The notes under the pieces were generated by a model that did no database searches, had not been told where the DNA came from, and saw only the letters and a program-made list of their open reading frames with translations. Position numbers and translations under genes: made by a program. Below are positions 34,181 through 44,903 of a DNA stretch of 64,000 bases, piece after piece. The DNA is from an uncultured delta proteobacterium (lineage in GTDB: Bacteria; Myxococcota; Myxococcia; SLRQ01): positions 672,001-736,000 of the forward strand of contig CAVSGM010000002.1 in assembly GCA_963727485.1 (NCBI GenBank), given 5' to 3'. How positions within the stretch are numbered: the first letter of the stretch is position 1; each line of letters starts with the position of its first letter.

Positions 34181-34904
34181 CCACCCCGTCGCCGGTGAGG
34201 TGGTAGGGCGACTCGAGCATCTCCTCGACGGTGGGCCGGTAGCCCTTCACGTTCCACCCGCGCTCGGCGAAGACCTCGAGGATCACCCGGCGCAGGCGCA
34301 TGCTGCCCTCGCCCTTCTCCTTGAAGCAGGCGAGGAGGGGATCGCGGCTCTTGCCCTCGGCGTCGAGCTGCCCGAGGGCCTCGACGGCGGCCACCACGAT
34401 GTCGCCGTCCATGTCCTCGAGGAAGAGGGTCAGGGTGTCGATGACGTCGTCGCTCGCGAGGCCCAGGTCCATGAGCTGCTTGATGAGCATGATCTGCTTG
34501 GTGCTGCCGCGCTGGTACTCGGTGGCCATCTTGCGCAGCACCTCGCAGGCGAGCTCCACGGCGTCCTGGGGGCCCTTGATCTCCACCACCGCCCGCAGCG
34601 GCCAGGTGACCGCGTCCCGCTCGAAGACGAACTTGCGGATGGGGCCGAGGGCCTTGTTGCCGAACTCCCGGAGGATCTCCAGGACCCAGCTCTTCTCCTC
34701 GTCGTCGGTGATGCCGGGCTCGACCCGGACGGTGAAGCGCATCAGCAGGCCGTAGATGGCCTCGTCGCTCCCCTCCTCGCGCAGCCGCTGGATCGCCGCC
34801 CCCCGGCCCTCGGTCTGGCCGTAGATCTGGAGGAGCTTCTTGGTGTTCTTGGCGATCGCCGACTGGCGACGCTTCTCCTTGTCGAACATGTCGAGCAGGC
34901 TCAT
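34161..34904 (-). CDS. HEAT-repeat protein
   Basis: Helical repeats such as LEDMDGDIVVAAVEALG; ATG 34904 overlaps the upstream stop. Confidence 0.7.
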   Translation of the reverse strand: MSLLDMFDKEKRRQSAIAKNTKKLLQIYGQTEGRGAAIQRLREEGSDEAIYGLLMRFTVRVEPGITDDEEKSWVLEILREFGNKALGPIRKFVFERDAVTWPLRAVVEIKGPQDAVELACEVLRKMATEYQRGSTKQIMLIKQLMDLGLASDDVIDTLTLFLEDMDGDIVVAAVEALGQLDAEGKSRDPLLACFKEKGEGSMRLRRVILEVFAERGWNVKGYRPTVEEMLESPYHLTGDGVVKKTGG

Positions 34905-35782
34905 GGGGCGCCTCCGCGGTCGACCAGCTCCAGCACCCGGCTGAAGTTGCTGATGGCGACCGCAGGCTGAATGGTCTTCTGGTCGACCTCTTCGGCGACG
35001 TTCTTCCGGGTCACGGAGCGGGCGCTGATGGCGTCGAGGCGTTCCCGGTACTCGGGGGAGATGTAGGTGCCGTACTCGGCCCACACTCCGGTGACGCCCG
35101 CCGCCTGCGCCGCGGCCATGTCCTTCTTGATGTTGTCGCCGACGAGGAGGACCGCTTCCTTGTCGAGAGAGAAGTCGTGGAGGATGCGCTCGACGCCCTT
35201 GGGGGAGGGCTTCTCGGCGTCCTCGGGGAGCTCCACCACGGTGGGCACCCGGCTCTTGTAGTAGCCCTGGCGCTCGCGTTCCTTCACCCCCTCGTCGACC
35301 ATGTCGGGGAGGGGGAAGCCCTCGAGGGTGTAGAGGCCGTCGAAGGTCTCGTCGAGGTCGAGCTGCTTGAGGCGCCGCTCCGCCGGGCCCCGGGGGGCGT
35401 CGGTCAGCGCGATGATCTTCACCCCCCGCTCGCGCAGGCCCTCGAGGCCCTCGAGGACGCCCCGGTAGGGCTTGAGGTAGCGCCGCCGGATCTCGGAGAA
35501 CGCCCGCCGCGCCGGATTGATGACGATGGCGTTGAAGGAGTCGAAGTCGTAGCTGAACTCGTGGAAGATCTGCGACTCCTGGATGGCGAAGGCGTACTCG
35601 TTGGTCCCGTGCTGCTCGTAGACCTCTTTGAGCGACTGGACGATGCGGATCCGGGGCATGCCGGTGGTCTGCTCCAGGGAGCGCACCATGGCCTCGAGGG
35701 CGGGGACGATGTAGTCCACCCAGGAGTAGAGGGTGCCGTCCATGTCGGTGATGACGGCCTGGATGTCGCGGGACGCGGGCAT
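34901..35782 (-). CDS. HAD-superfamily hydrolase
   Basis: DMDGTL, ALTD, KPSP, VGDNIKKD. Confidence 0.9.
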   Translation of the reverse strand: MPASRDIQAVITDMDGTLYSWVDYIVPALEAMVRSLEQTTGMPRIRIVQSLKEVYEQHGTNEYAFAIQESQIFHEFSYDFDSFNAIVINPARRAFSEIRRRYLKPYRGVLEGLEGLRERGVKIIALTDAPRGPAERRLKQLDLDETFDGLYTLEGFPLPDMVDEGVKERERQGYYKSRVPTVVELPEDAEKPSPKGVERILHDFSLDKEAVLLVGDNIKKDMAAAQAAGVTGVWAEYGTYISPEYRERLDAISARSVTRKNVAEEVDQKTIQPAVAISNFSRVLELVDRGGAP

Positions 35783-35881
35783 GGCTCCGCTGGGGTTCTA
35801 GCCCTGCCGCGCCGCGTCGTCAAAGCGGACCCGCGGCCCGGGGCGATTGCCCTGGCCCGGCCGGCTCGATACCTTGCGCCC

Positions 35882-37126
35882 GTGGCGGACTCGGAGGCGA
35901 CGCCGGAGGGGGACCAGGAGGCGGCGCCGGCCGTCTCCTCGCCGGCGCCCGCCCCCCGGCGCTGGGGCCGCCGGCTGCGCAGCCGCGCGCTGCGCCGGGC
36001 CAACCGCCGGCGCTGGCCCTACCCGGAGACCTACGTCCCGGGCAACGGCCTCACCGTCTTCCACGAGGGGGGCGCCTGCTACGCCGCGATGCTCGAGGCC
36101 ATCGACGGCGCCCGGGCCACGATCCACCTGGAGACCTACCTCCTGCGCTCGGACCACACCGGGTGGCGCTTCGCCCGGGCGCTCGCCGCCGCCGCCGACC
36201 GGGGGGTGGAGGTGGCGTTCATGTACGACGCCATCGGCGGGATCACCGTGAGCTCGGACTTCGTACGCCACCTCGAGGACCACGGGGTCCGGGTCCTGGT
36301 CTACCACCCGCCCTGGCCCTGGAAGCGCGGCTGGGGCCTCATCCGCCGCGACCACCGCAAGATCCTCGCCGTCGACGGCCGGGTGGGCTTCGTGGGCGGG
36401 ATGAACATCTCCGACCACCACGCGCCCATGGCCGACGGCGGCCAGGCCTGGCTCGACACCCACGTGCGCCTCGAGGGGCCGGCGGTGGTCTCCCTCGACC
36501 GCCTCTTCCTCGAGGAGTGGGTCCACCAGGGCGGCCACCTGCTCACCGACCCCGAGGCGGCGCCGACCCACGACCACGGGGTGGCGGTGCGGGTGGTGGA
36601 GAACCGCTTCCTCGCGCGCCGGGCCCTGGTGCGCGCCGCCTACCAGGACGCCCTCGCGTACGCCGAGAAGCGCATCTGGATCACCTCCAGCTACTTCGTC
36701 CCCGACCGGCGCTTCCTCCGGGCGCTCACGGGCGCCGCCGCCCGCGGGGTGGACGTGCGGGTCATCGTCGCCGGGAACACCGACGTGCGGCTGGCCAAGT
36801 GGGCAGGCGAGCACGTCTACGAGCGGCTGCTGGCCGCCGGGGTGCGGATCTTCGAGTGGACCCGGACGGTGCTCCACGCCAAGACCGCGGTGGTCGACTC
36901 GCGGTGGTCCACGGTGGGCACCTACAACCTCGACCACCGCAGCTACCGGGCGAACCTCGAGGTCAACGCCATGATCCTCGACGACGGGGTCGCCGGTCAG
37001 CTCGAGGCGATCTTCCTCGAGGACATGGGGCGCAGCGACGAGGTGCTGCTCAGCGAGTGGACGCGGCGGTCGTGGTGGCGACGGCTGCGCAGCTGGGTGG
37101 CGTGGCGGTTTCGCAGCTGGCTTTGA
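35882..37126 (+). CDS. Cardiolipin synthase (ClsB-like phospholipase D family)
   Basis: Two HKD motifs: RDHRKILAVDG...GGMN and LHAKTAVVD...GTYN; no N-terminal TM. Confidence 0.9.
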   Translation: MADSEATPEGDQEAAPAVSSPAPAPRRWGRRLRSRALRRANRRRWPYPETYVPGNGLTVFHEGGACYAAMLEAIDGARATIHLETYLLRSDHTGWRFARALAAAADRGVEVAFMYDAIGGITVSSDFVRHLEDHGVRVLVYHPPWPWKRGWGLIRRDHRKILAVDGRVGFVGGMNISDHHAPMADGGQAWLDTHVRLEGPAVVSLDRLFLEEWVHQGGHLLTDPEAAPTHDHGVAVRVVENRFLARRALVRAAYQDALAYAEKRIWITSSYFVPDRRFLRALTGAAARGVDVRVIVAGNTDVRLAKWAGEHVYERLLAAGVRIFEWTRTVLHAKTAVVDSRWSTVGTYNLDHRSYRANLEVNAMILDDGVAGQLEAIFLEDMGRSDEVLLSEWTRRSWWRRLRSWVAWRFRSWL

Positions 37127-37136
37127 CGCCCGCCGC

Positions 37137-37832
37137 CTACACGTCCGACCGGCTGATGTCCCCGCCCACCAAAAACGCGTGCTTGAGCAGGATCGCCTTC
37201 CCGTTCATCTCCACGTACCCGCGCTTGGCGAAGTCGTTCAGCGCCCGCGAGACCGTCTCCCGGCTGGTGCCGATCATCGCCGCGATGTCCTGCTGGGTCG
37301 GCCGCTCCTTGATGAGGATGCCCTCGTCGGTCTCCTCGCCGTCCCGGTCGGCGAGCTCCCGGAGCATCCGCGCCACCCGGCCGTAGACGTCGAGGAGCGC
37401 CAGGGATCCGATGACCTCGTCGGCGCGGCGGAGCCGCCCGGTCATCTCCTGGAGCACCGAGATCGCGGTCTGCGGGTAGTCGCGCAGGTGGCGGAGGAAG
37501 GCCTCGCGCTTGAGCACCAGGACCGTGGTGTCCTCCACCGCCTGCACCGTCGCCGACCGGGGCTGGTTGTCGAGGATCGACATCTCGCCGAAGAAGTCCC
37601 CGGGGCGGAAGAGGTAGAGGATCATCTCCCGGCCGCTCTCGCCGAGGAGGACCGCCTTGGCCCGGCCGCTGGCGATGATGTAGAGGGCGTCGCCGGCCTC
37701 CTCGTGGCCGACCACGATGGCGTCCTTGCCGTAGCTGTGGGGCACGAAGAGCCGCTCGAGGTCGTCGAGACCCCGGTCGTCGAGGTCGGCGAAGATGCTG
37801 ACCCGCTTCAGGAGATCACGGTGCTTGCCCAT
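37137..37832 (-). CDS. Crp/Fnr-family transcriptional regulator
   Basis: FFGEMSILDNQPRSATV cNMP pocket; TQQDIAAMIGTSRETVSRAL HTH. Confidence 0.93.
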   Translation of the reverse strand: MGKHRDLLKRVSIFADLDDRGLDDLERLFVPHSYGKDAIVVGHEEAGDALYIIASGRAKAVLLGESGREMILYLFRPGDFFGEMSILDNQPRSATVQAVEDTTVLVLKREAFLRHLRDYPQTAISVLQEMTGRLRRADEVIGSLALLDVYGRVARMLRELADRDGEETDEGILIKERPTQQDIAAMIGTSRETVSRALNDFAKRGYVEMNGKAILLKHAFLVGGDISRSDV

Positions 37833-38043
37833 CGAGCGTTCCCCCAGGGACAAAGGTGCGGCGAGCGTACTTTGCGCCTCGCGAGGGGGTCAAGGGACGC
37901 CCCGGCGTCCCCCGACGGGGCGCCTGGACCCGCCGGGACGGGCGCCTGGACCGCCCGAAACGGGCCCCGGGCCCCGCGGCGCGGCCCCCAGGAGGTCGCG
38001 CGCCTTGCCGCCCCCGTGGGCCGTGCGCTAACGTCCCGCCGCC

Positions 38044-39366
38044 ATGGCATCCGACGTCCACGCGGCCCGTCGCGCGCGCCTCCTCGAGGCCCTCGGCGAC
38101 GGCGTCGCCATCCTGCCCTCCGCCCCCGAGCAGCCCCGGAACGGCGACAACACCTACCCGTTCCGCCAGGACTCGGACCTCTGGTACCTCACCGGCTTCC
38201 CCGAGCCGGAGACCGTGGCCGTCCTCTCGGGGAAGCGCGAGGCGGCCTTCACCCTCTTCGTCCGCCCCCGGAACCCGGCCATGGAGACCTGGACCGGCTA
38301 CCGCCAGGGCGTCGACGGGGCGAGGTCCCGCTACGGGGCCGCCGAGGCGTACCCCATCTCCGAGCTCCCCGACCGCCTCCCGGAGATCCTCCTGGGCCAC
38401 GACCGGGTGGTCTACCCGCTGGGTCGCCAGCCCCACCTCGACGAGCGGGTCCGGGACACCCTCGCGGCCCTGCGCGACCGCCAGCGCGACGGCCGACAAA
38501 TCCCCGGGAGCATCGTCGACCCCTCGACGCTCCTCCACGACCTGCGCCTCCACAAGGACGCGGAGGAGGTCGAGACCATGCGCCGCGCCGGCCGCCTCTC
38601 CTGCGACGGCCACGCCGCGGCCATGCGCGCGGTGAAGCCGGGGATGTGCGAGTCCGACGTCCAGGCGATCCTCGAGTACGTCTTCCGCCGGGGCGGGGCC
38701 CAGGCCGTGGCCTACCCCTCCATCTGCGCCGGGGGCGCCCACGGGTGCGTCCTCCACTACGTGGAGAACGACGCCATCCTCGACGACGGCGACCTGCTCC
38801 TGGTCGACGCCGGCGCCGAGGTCGACGGCTACGCCGGGGACGTCACCCGGACCTTCCCGGTCGGCGGGCACTTCACCGACGTCCAGCGCCAGGTCTACGA
38901 GGTGGTCCTCGAGGCCCAGCGGCGGGCCATCGAGGCCGTGCGCCCCGGAGCGCTGTTCACCGACCCCCACCAGGCGGCGCTGAAGATCCTGGTCGCCGGG
39001 ATGGTGCGCCTCGGCCTCCTCGAGGGCGAGGTCGACGACCTCATCGAGCGCGCCGCCTACAAGCCCTACTACATGCACCGGACCAGCCACTGGCTCGGGC
39101 TCGACGTCCACGACGTGGGCAGCTACTACGAGGCCGACGGCGACGCCCGGCAGCTCGCCCCGGGGATGGTGCTGACCATCGAGCCGGGCCTCTACGTCCC
39201 GCCGGACGACGAGAACGCCCCGGCCCACCTCCGGGGCCTCGGCATCCGCATCGAGGACGACGTCCTGGTCACCGCGGACGGCCACGAGGTCCTCTCGGTG
39301 GGCGCCCCCACCGACCCCGACGAGATCGAAGCCCTGATGGCCGAGCCCGCCGGGCTCCCGGGGTAG
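38044..39366 (+). CDS. pepP: Xaa-Pro aminopeptidase
   Basis: [25 protein letters not shown]...[28 protein letters not shown]. Confidence 0.93.
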   Translation: MASDVHAARRARLLEALGDGVAILPSAPEQPRNGDNTYPFRQDSDLWYLTGFPEPETVAVLSGKREAAFTLFVRPRNPAMETWTGYRQGVDGARSRYGAAEAYPISELPDRLPEILLGHDRVVYPLGRQPHLDERVRDTLAALRDRQRDGRQIPGSIVDPSTLLHDLRLHKDAEEVETMRRAGRLSCDGHAAAMRAVKPGMCESDVQAILEYVFRRGGAQAVAYPSICAGGAHGCVLHYVENDAILDDGDLLLVDAGAEVDGYAGDVTRTFPVGGHFTDVQRQVYEVVLEAQRRAIEAVRPGALFTDPHQAALKILVAGMVRLGLLEGEVDDLIERAAYKPYYMHRTSHWLGLDVHDVGSYYEADGDARQLAPGMVLTIEPGLYVPPDDENAPAHLRGLGIRIEDDVLVTADGHEVLSVGAPTDPDEIEALMAEPAGLPG

Positions 39367-39368
39367 CC

Positions 39369-39572
39369 ATGGACGTGCGCGTCAACGGCGAGGACCAGCA
39401 GCTCCCCGAGGGTCTGACCGTCGCCGGGCTCCTCGCCCACCTGGAGATCCAGGAGACCCGGGTCGCCGTCGAGCGCAACCGGGAGATCGTGCCCAAGATG
39501 GCCTACGAAACCACTCCCATCGAAGCCGGCGACGAGATCGAGATCGTCTGGTTCGTCGGCGGAGGCGCCTAG
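39369..39572 (+). CDS. thiS: Sulfur carrier protein ThiS (ends GGGA)
   Basis: [30 protein letters not shown]; directly upstream of thiG. Confidence 0.92.
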   Translation: MDVRVNGEDQQLPEGLTVAGLLAHLEIQETRVAVERNREIVPKMAYETTPIEAGDEIEIVWFVGGGA

Positions 39573-39574
39573 AG

Positions 39575-40357
39575 ATGAGCACCCAGGAAGACGTCCTGAA
39601 GGTCGGCGAGCACACCTTCACCAGCCGCCTCATCGTCGGCACCGGCAAGTACGCCGACTTCCCGACCATGAAGCAGGCCATCACCGAGTCCGGGGCAGAG
39701 ATGGTCACCGTCGCCGTGCGCCGGGTGGACCTCTCGGCCAAGGGCGAGGAGAGCATGCTCAACTGGCTGCCCGAGGGCACCACCCTGCTCCCCAACACCG
39801 CCGGCTGCTACACCGCCGACGAGGCCGTGCGCACCGCCCGGCTGGCCCGCGAGGCCGCCATGGGCAGCCTGGTGAAGCTCGAGATCATCGGCGACAAGCA
39901 GACCCTCTTCCCCGACAACCGGGCGACCCTCGAGGCCGCCGAGACCCTGCTGGCCGACGGGTTCACGGTGATGCCCTACTGCAGCGACGACCCGGTGGTC
40001 TGCCGGCAGCTCGCCGAGCTCGGGTGCCACGCGGTGATGCCGCTGGCCGCCCCCATCGGCTCGGGCCTGGGGATCCGCAACCCCTACAACCTCCGGATCA
40101 TCCTGGAGCAGGCCACCGTGCCCGTCATCGTCGACGCCGGGGTCGGCACCGCCTCCGACGCCGCGGTGGCCATGGAGCTCGGGGTCGCGGGCCTGTTGAT
40201 GAACACCGCCATCGCCAAGGCCGACGACCCGGTGCGCATGGCCCGGGCGATGCGGAAGGCCACCGAGGCGGGCCGGGACGCGTTCCTCGCCGGGCGCATC
40301 CCCACCAAGCTCTACGCCACCGCCTCCAGCCCCCTGGGCGGCGTGGTGGGGACCTGA
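39575..40357 (+). CDS. thiG: Thiazole synthase
   Basis: [39 protein letters not shown]. Confidence 0.97.
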   Translation: MSTQEDVLKVGEHTFTSRLIVGTGKYADFPTMKQAITESGAEMVTVAVRRVDLSAKGEESMLNWLPEGTTLLPNTAGCYTADEAVRTARLAREAAMGSLVKLEIIGDKQTLFPDNRATLEAAETLLADGFTVMPYCSDDPVVCRQLAELGCHAVMPLAAPIGSGLGIRNPYNLRIILEQATVPVIVDAGVGTASDAAVAMELGVAGLLMNTAIAKADDPVRMARAMRKATEAGRDAFLAGRIPTKLYATASSPLGGVVGT

Positions 40358-40369
40358 CGCGGGATCCCC

Positions 40370-41023
40370 GTGACGCCGAGCTTCCGCCTGCTGCTCATCA
40401 CCGACCGACGGGTGACCGAGGACCTCGTCGCCACCGTGACCGCGGCCCTCACCTTCGCCCCCGCAGGCGCGGTGGCGGTGATGCTCCGGGAGAAGGACCT
40501 GCCCGGCCGGGCGCTCCTGGCCCTGGCCCGGCGCCTCCGGGCGGTGACGGCCGCCACCGGCGCCGCGCTCCTGGTGAACGACCGGGTGGACGTGGCCCTC
40601 GAGGCCGGTGCCGACGGAGTGCACCTCCCGGCGGCGGGGATCCCCGTCGCCGAGGCCCGCCGGCGCCTGGGCCCCGAACGTCTCGTGGGCGTGTCCACCC
40701 ACGGCGCCGCCGAGGTCGCTGCCGCGGCCGCCGCCGGGGCCGACTACGCCACCTTCGGCCCGGTCTTCGACACCCCGAGCAAGCGCCGCTACGGCCCGCC
40801 TCCCGGGCTCGAGGCGCTGGCCGCCGCCGCCCGGGAGCCCCTGCCCCTCTACGGCCTCGGGGGCGTCGATCCAGGGAACGCCGACGCGGTCCGCGCCGCC
40901 GGGGCCGCCGGCGTCGCCTGCATCCGCGCCGTCCTCGCCGCGGCCGATCCCGCGGCCGCCGTCGCCGCCCTCCTCCACCCCGCGCCGCGCGCCACCGCGG
41001 TGGCCCCCGGGAGCCGCCCGTGA
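40370..41023 (+). CDS. thiE: Thiamine phosphate synthase / TenI family
   Basis: LREKDL, LLVNDRVDVA, GVHL, GVSTH, GPVFDTPSK, LGGV. Confidence 0.8.
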   Translation: MTPSFRLLLITDRRVTEDLVATVTAALTFAPAGAVAVMLREKDLPGRALLALARRLRAVTAATGAALLVNDRVDVALEAGADGVHLPAAGIPVAEARRRLGPERLVGVSTHGAAEVAAAAAAGADYATFGPVFDTPSKRRYGPPPGLEALAAAAREPLPLYGLGGVDPGNADAVRAAGAAGVACIRAVLAAADPAAAVAALLHPAPRATAVAPGSRP

Positions 41024-42060
41024 GCACCCCCATCCCCGCCCGCGCCGTCTCCGAGGCGCCGGTCGCAGGCCACGTCCGCCCCCTCTCGGTGGGCGACCTC
41101 CTCGACGTGGCCCTGCGCCTCTACCGGGCCCACTTCAAGGCGTTCTTCCTGGTGATGCTCGCCATCGAGGTCCCGGTGTTCCTGGTGCAGCGGGTCTACG
41201 AGAGCGTCTCCCACGGCCTGGTGAACCTCCGGGCCCTGACCGCCGGCGCCAACCCGGCGACCGCCCTCCATCCGGTGGCCCTGGCAGAGATGCTCGCCCT
41301 CTTCGGGGTGCTCCTGGTGCTGGTGGGCGTGGCCCAGGGCGGAGTGATGCTCGCCGGCAACGAGGCCTGGCACGGCCGCCCGGTGCGCCCGGTCGCCGCC
41401 CTCGCCGCCCTCGGTCGCCGGGTGGTGCCCCTGGTGCTCACCTACGTCCTGGTGCTGGTCCTGGCCACCCTCGCGGCCGTCGTCGGGGCCCTCCCGGGGA
41501 TGGCGGTGACCTTCGGGACCGTCTTCGTCGCCGCCTCCCAGCACCTGGGCCCGGGCCTCATCGTCTTCGCCAGCGTCCTCGGCAGCGTCGTGGTGCTCGT
41601 GGGGGTCGTGGTGGCGGCGCTCTTCCTCTACCTGCGGTGGTACGTGGTGGTGCCCACCGTGGTCCTCGAGGGCCTCTCGGGCTTCGGGTCCCTCAAGCGC
41701 AGCGCCGCCCTGATGCGCGGGCGCGTCGAGCCGGGGTTCTTCGGCCGGGTGGAGGTCCGGGCGAGCCTGCTCCTGCTGGTGGTCTTCTTCCTGCTCCTGG
41801 TGCCCCAGCTCCTGGTGGGCGTGCCCCACTTCCTCCTGATGCACGCCTACGCGCCCGCCAAGGGCGTCCTCGATCCCCTCTCGGTGCCCTTCGCCCTGCG
41901 CTTCCCCCTGGAGCTGGTGGAGCTGCTCCTGGCGACGGTGGTAACGCCCTTCAGCGTGCTGGCGAGCCTGGTGTTCTACTTCGACCTCCGGGTGCGCCGG
42001 GAGGGCTACGACCTCGAGCTCCGGGCCCGGGCCCTGGGCGGCGAGGGGGCCGGCGGGTGA
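41020..42060 (+). CDS. Polytopic membrane protein of MoxR/DUF58 clusters
   Basis: RPLSVGDLLDVALRLYR...LKRS..L.RG...YFDLRVRREGYDL. Confidence 0.75.
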   Translation: MSTPIPARAVSEAPVAGHVRPLSVGDLLDVALRLYRAHFKAFFLVMLAIEVPVFLVQRVYESVSHGLVNLRALTAGANPATALHPVALAEMLALFGVLLVLVGVAQGGVMLAGNEAWHGRPVRPVAALAALGRRVVPLVLTYVLVLVLATLAAVVGALPGMAVTFGTVFVAASQHLGPGLIVFASVLGSVVVLVGVVVAALFLYLRWYVVVPTVVLEGLSGFGSLKRSAALMRGRVEPGFFGRVEVRASLLLLVVFFLLLVPQLLVGVPHFLLMHAYAPAKGVLDPLSVPFALRFPLELVELLLATVVTPFSVLASLVFYFDLRVRREGYDLELRARALGGEGAGG

Positions 42061-42752
42061 TCGCCAGCCTCGCCCGGGCCGCGGCGGCGGCCCCCGCGGT
42101 CGACCTCGCCGGCGCCCACCCGGCGGCGCCGGACCCGGCGCTCCTGAAACGCATCCTCGCCGAGAAGGCCCTGGCCCACGCCCACGACACCACCGGGGCG
42201 CTGCTGGCCTTCCTCCGGGCCGTGGAGCACTTCTTCGGGCGCATCTTCGGGAGCCAGGCGGCGCTCTCCACCGCCTCGGTGACCCGGGTGGTGTTCTTCG
42301 TCGCCGTGGGCGCCTTGGCCCTCTGGCTCCTGGCCCGGATGCTCCGGCGCCTGAAGCCCACGTCCCGGCGCGCCGCCGCCGTCGCCGGGGAGACCGACGC
42401 CCCGGCCCGCCTCGACGCCCCCGAGGACCACCTCGCCGCCGCCCGGGCCGCCCGCGCCGGGGGCGACCTGCGCGGCGCCATGCGCCAGCACCTCCTCGCC
42501 GCCCTCTCGGGCCTCGAGGCCGCGGGCCGGGTCGCCTACGGCCGCCACCGCACCAACCGCGAGTACGTCCGGGACCTCGAGGCCACCGGCGGCGCCGACC
42601 CCACCCTCGCCGCGGCCTTCTCCGCCCTGGTCGACGCCTACGATCGGCGGTTCTACGGCCTCCTCCCGGTGGACCCGGCGGGCCTCGACGCGGTGGCCGC
42701 CGCCGCCGGCGAGGTCCTGGCACACACCGGCGGGAAGCGGCGGGCGGCGTGA
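42057..42752 (+). CDS. DUF4129-domain protein
   Basis: TM helix then A...GDLRGAMR...RTNREY...YDRRFYG. Confidence 0.75.
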   Translation: MIASLARAAAAAPAVDLAGAHPAAPDPALLKRILAEKALAHAHDTTGALLAFLRAVEHFFGRIFGSQAALSTASVTRVVFFVAVGALALWLLARMLRRLKPTSRRAAAVAGETDAPARLDAPEDHLAAARAARAGGDLRGAMRQHLLAALSGLEAAGRVAYGRHRTNREYVRDLEATGGADPTLAAAFSALVDAYDRRFYGLLPVDPAGLDAVAAAAGEVLAHTGGKRRAA

Positions 42753-43937
42753 GGCGGGGGCTGGGCACCGCCGCCGTGATCGCGGCGATCCTCGGGACCA
42801 CGGCCCTGTCCCTGGTCATCGAGCGGAGCACCCGCAACCGCACCCTCGACCCCACCCCGGCCACCGACAACGGCGACCCCCGGGGCCTGCTCGCCGCCTA
42901 CCGCTACCTGGAGGACCGGGGCGTCCCCGTCGAGCGCGTCGACGCGGACTTCCTCGCCGCGTTGGAGGGCCAGGGCGTCCTGGTCATCGCCGCCCCGGTG
43001 GCGCGGGTCTACTCGGAGCACGAGGCCCGGGCCGTCGCCGACTTCGCCCGGCGCGGGGGCGTGGTGGTGGTCGCCGCGCCCACCGGGCGGTCCCTCGCGG
43101 CCGTGCAGCCCGCCCTCGCCGGGGACCTCGGGGCCCACGCCGTCGCCGCCGACGACCCCCTGCCCACGGTCGGCGCCAAAGGGCCGCGACCCGTCGACGC
43201 CGGTGGAGGTCGTCGCCGCCGATCCCCTGGTGGGCGGCGCCCGCAAGCTGGTGGGCCGGGTGGCCCTGGGCGCCACCCTCGACCACGGCACCGTCCTCGC
43301 CCGGACCGGCGACCTCCCGGTCATCAGCCGCCGGGACCTCGGCGCCGGGCGGGTCTACCTGCTCTCCACGCCGACCCTCCTGGAGAACCACCGCCTCGAC
43401 CTCGCCGGCGACCTCTGGCTCCTCGAGGGCCTCCGGGCCCTGGCCCGGGCCACCGGCGGCGCGGTGCGCTTCGACGAGGTCCACCACCACCTCGCGGCGG
43501 GCGCCGGCGCCGCGTCGATCCTCGGAGAGCCGCCGCTCATGGCCGCGGGGATCCAGCTCCTGCTGGTGGGCGCCCTGGTGCTCCTGGCGCTGGGCCGCCG
43601 CTTCGGCCCGGTGCGCTCCCTGGAGACCGACGCCCGGCGCTCCACCCTCGAGTACGTGGACACCCTCGCCGCCCTCTACCGCCAGACCGGCGACGAGGTG
43701 GGCCTCTGCGCCGCGGTGCATGCCGATCTGCGAAGGCGCCTGGTGGTGACCCACGGCATCCCCGAGTCCCTCGACGACGCCACCGTGGCCCGGCGCCTCG
43801 CGGCCCGCACCGACCTCACCGAGGCCGACGCCCGGGCGCTCCTGGCGCCCTTCGCCGCCCCGACCCCGGCGCTTCTGCCCTGCGTCCAGGCCGCCGCCGA
43901 CCTCGAGGCTCGCCTCGCCGGGCGGGATCTGGGATAG
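42749..43937 (+). CDS. DUF4350-domain membrane protein; apparent 1-nt insertion at about 43178-43180
   Basis: N-half ([15 protein letters not shown]) and C-half (LLEN..L, FDE.HH, RRFGP, EYV..LA.LY) in different frames; span 1189 = 1188+1. Confidence 0.75.
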
Positions 43938-43947
43938 ATCGCCGACG

Positions 43948-44901
43948 ATGGAGACCGACCACAGCCCCGCCGCCGTCCACGCCGCCCTCCTCGAGACCCT
44001 GGACCGGGTGGTCGTGGGCCAGGCGGACGCCGTCGCCGAGCTCGCCGTCGCCGTGGTCGCCGGCGGCCACGTCCTCCTCGAGGGCGTCCCCGGCGTCGCC
44101 AAGACCCTGCTGGCCAAGGCCCTGGCCCGGTGCCTCTCGCTCGACTTCAAGCGGGTCCAGTTCACCCCCGACCTCATGCCCTCGGACATCACCGGGACCT
44201 CGGTCTTCCGCCCGGCCACCGGCACCTTCGAGCTCTCCCGGGGGCCGATCTTCACCGAGATCCTCCTGGCCGACGAGGTGAACCGGACCCCGCCCAAGAC
44301 CCAGGCCGCCCTCCTCGAGGCCATGGAGGAGCGCCAGGTCACCATCGACGGGGTGACCCACGACCTGGGGCCGGACTTCACGGTCATCGCCACCCAGAAC
44401 CCCCTGGAGTACGAGGGCACCTACCCGCTCCCCGAGGCCCAGACCGACCGGTTCCTGCTGAAGATCGTCATCGGCTACCCCGAGGCGGAGGCGGAGAAGG
44501 CGATCCTGGCGCGGCACCACGCGGGCTTCGATCCCCACGACCTCTCGGGCCTGGCCCCGGTCGCCGACCGGGAGACCCTCCACGCCCTGCGCGCCGCCGC
44601 CCGGGCGGTGAAGGTCGAGGACACCCTCTTCGCCTACGTGACCCGCCTCGCCCGGGCCACCCGCGCCTCCGGGCGCCTCCGCCTCGGGGCCTCGCCCCGG
44701 GCCGCGGTGGCGCTCCTGGCCGCCGCCAAGGCCCGCGCGGCGCTCGCCGGCCAGGGCTACCTCACCCCCGACGAGGTGAAGTCCGTCGCCCTCCCGGTGC
44801 TCCGCCACCGCCTGGTCCTCAAGCCCGAGGCCGAGGTCGAGGGCCTCACCGTGGACGACGTGATCGAGGGCCTCCTCGACGAGGTGGAGGTCCCGAGGTA
44901 G
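43948..44901 (+). CDS. MoxR-family AAA+ ATPase
   Basis: [49 protein letters not shown]. Confidence 0.95.
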   Translation: METDHSPAAVHAALLETLDRVVVGQADAVAELAVAVVAGGHVLLEGVPGVAKTLLAKALARCLSLDFKRVQFTPDLMPSDITGTSVFRPATGTFELSRGPIFTEILLADEVNRTPPKTQAALLEAMEERQVTIDGVTHDLGPDFTVIATQNPLEYEGTYPLPEAQTDRFLLKIVIGYPEAEAEKAILARHHAGFDPHDLSGLAPVADRETLHALRAAARAVKVEDTLFAYVTRLARATRASGRLRLGASPRAAVALLAAAKARAALAGQGYLTPDEVKSVALPVLRHRLVLKPEAEVEGLTVDDVIEGLLDEVEVPR

Positions 44902-44903
44902 CC

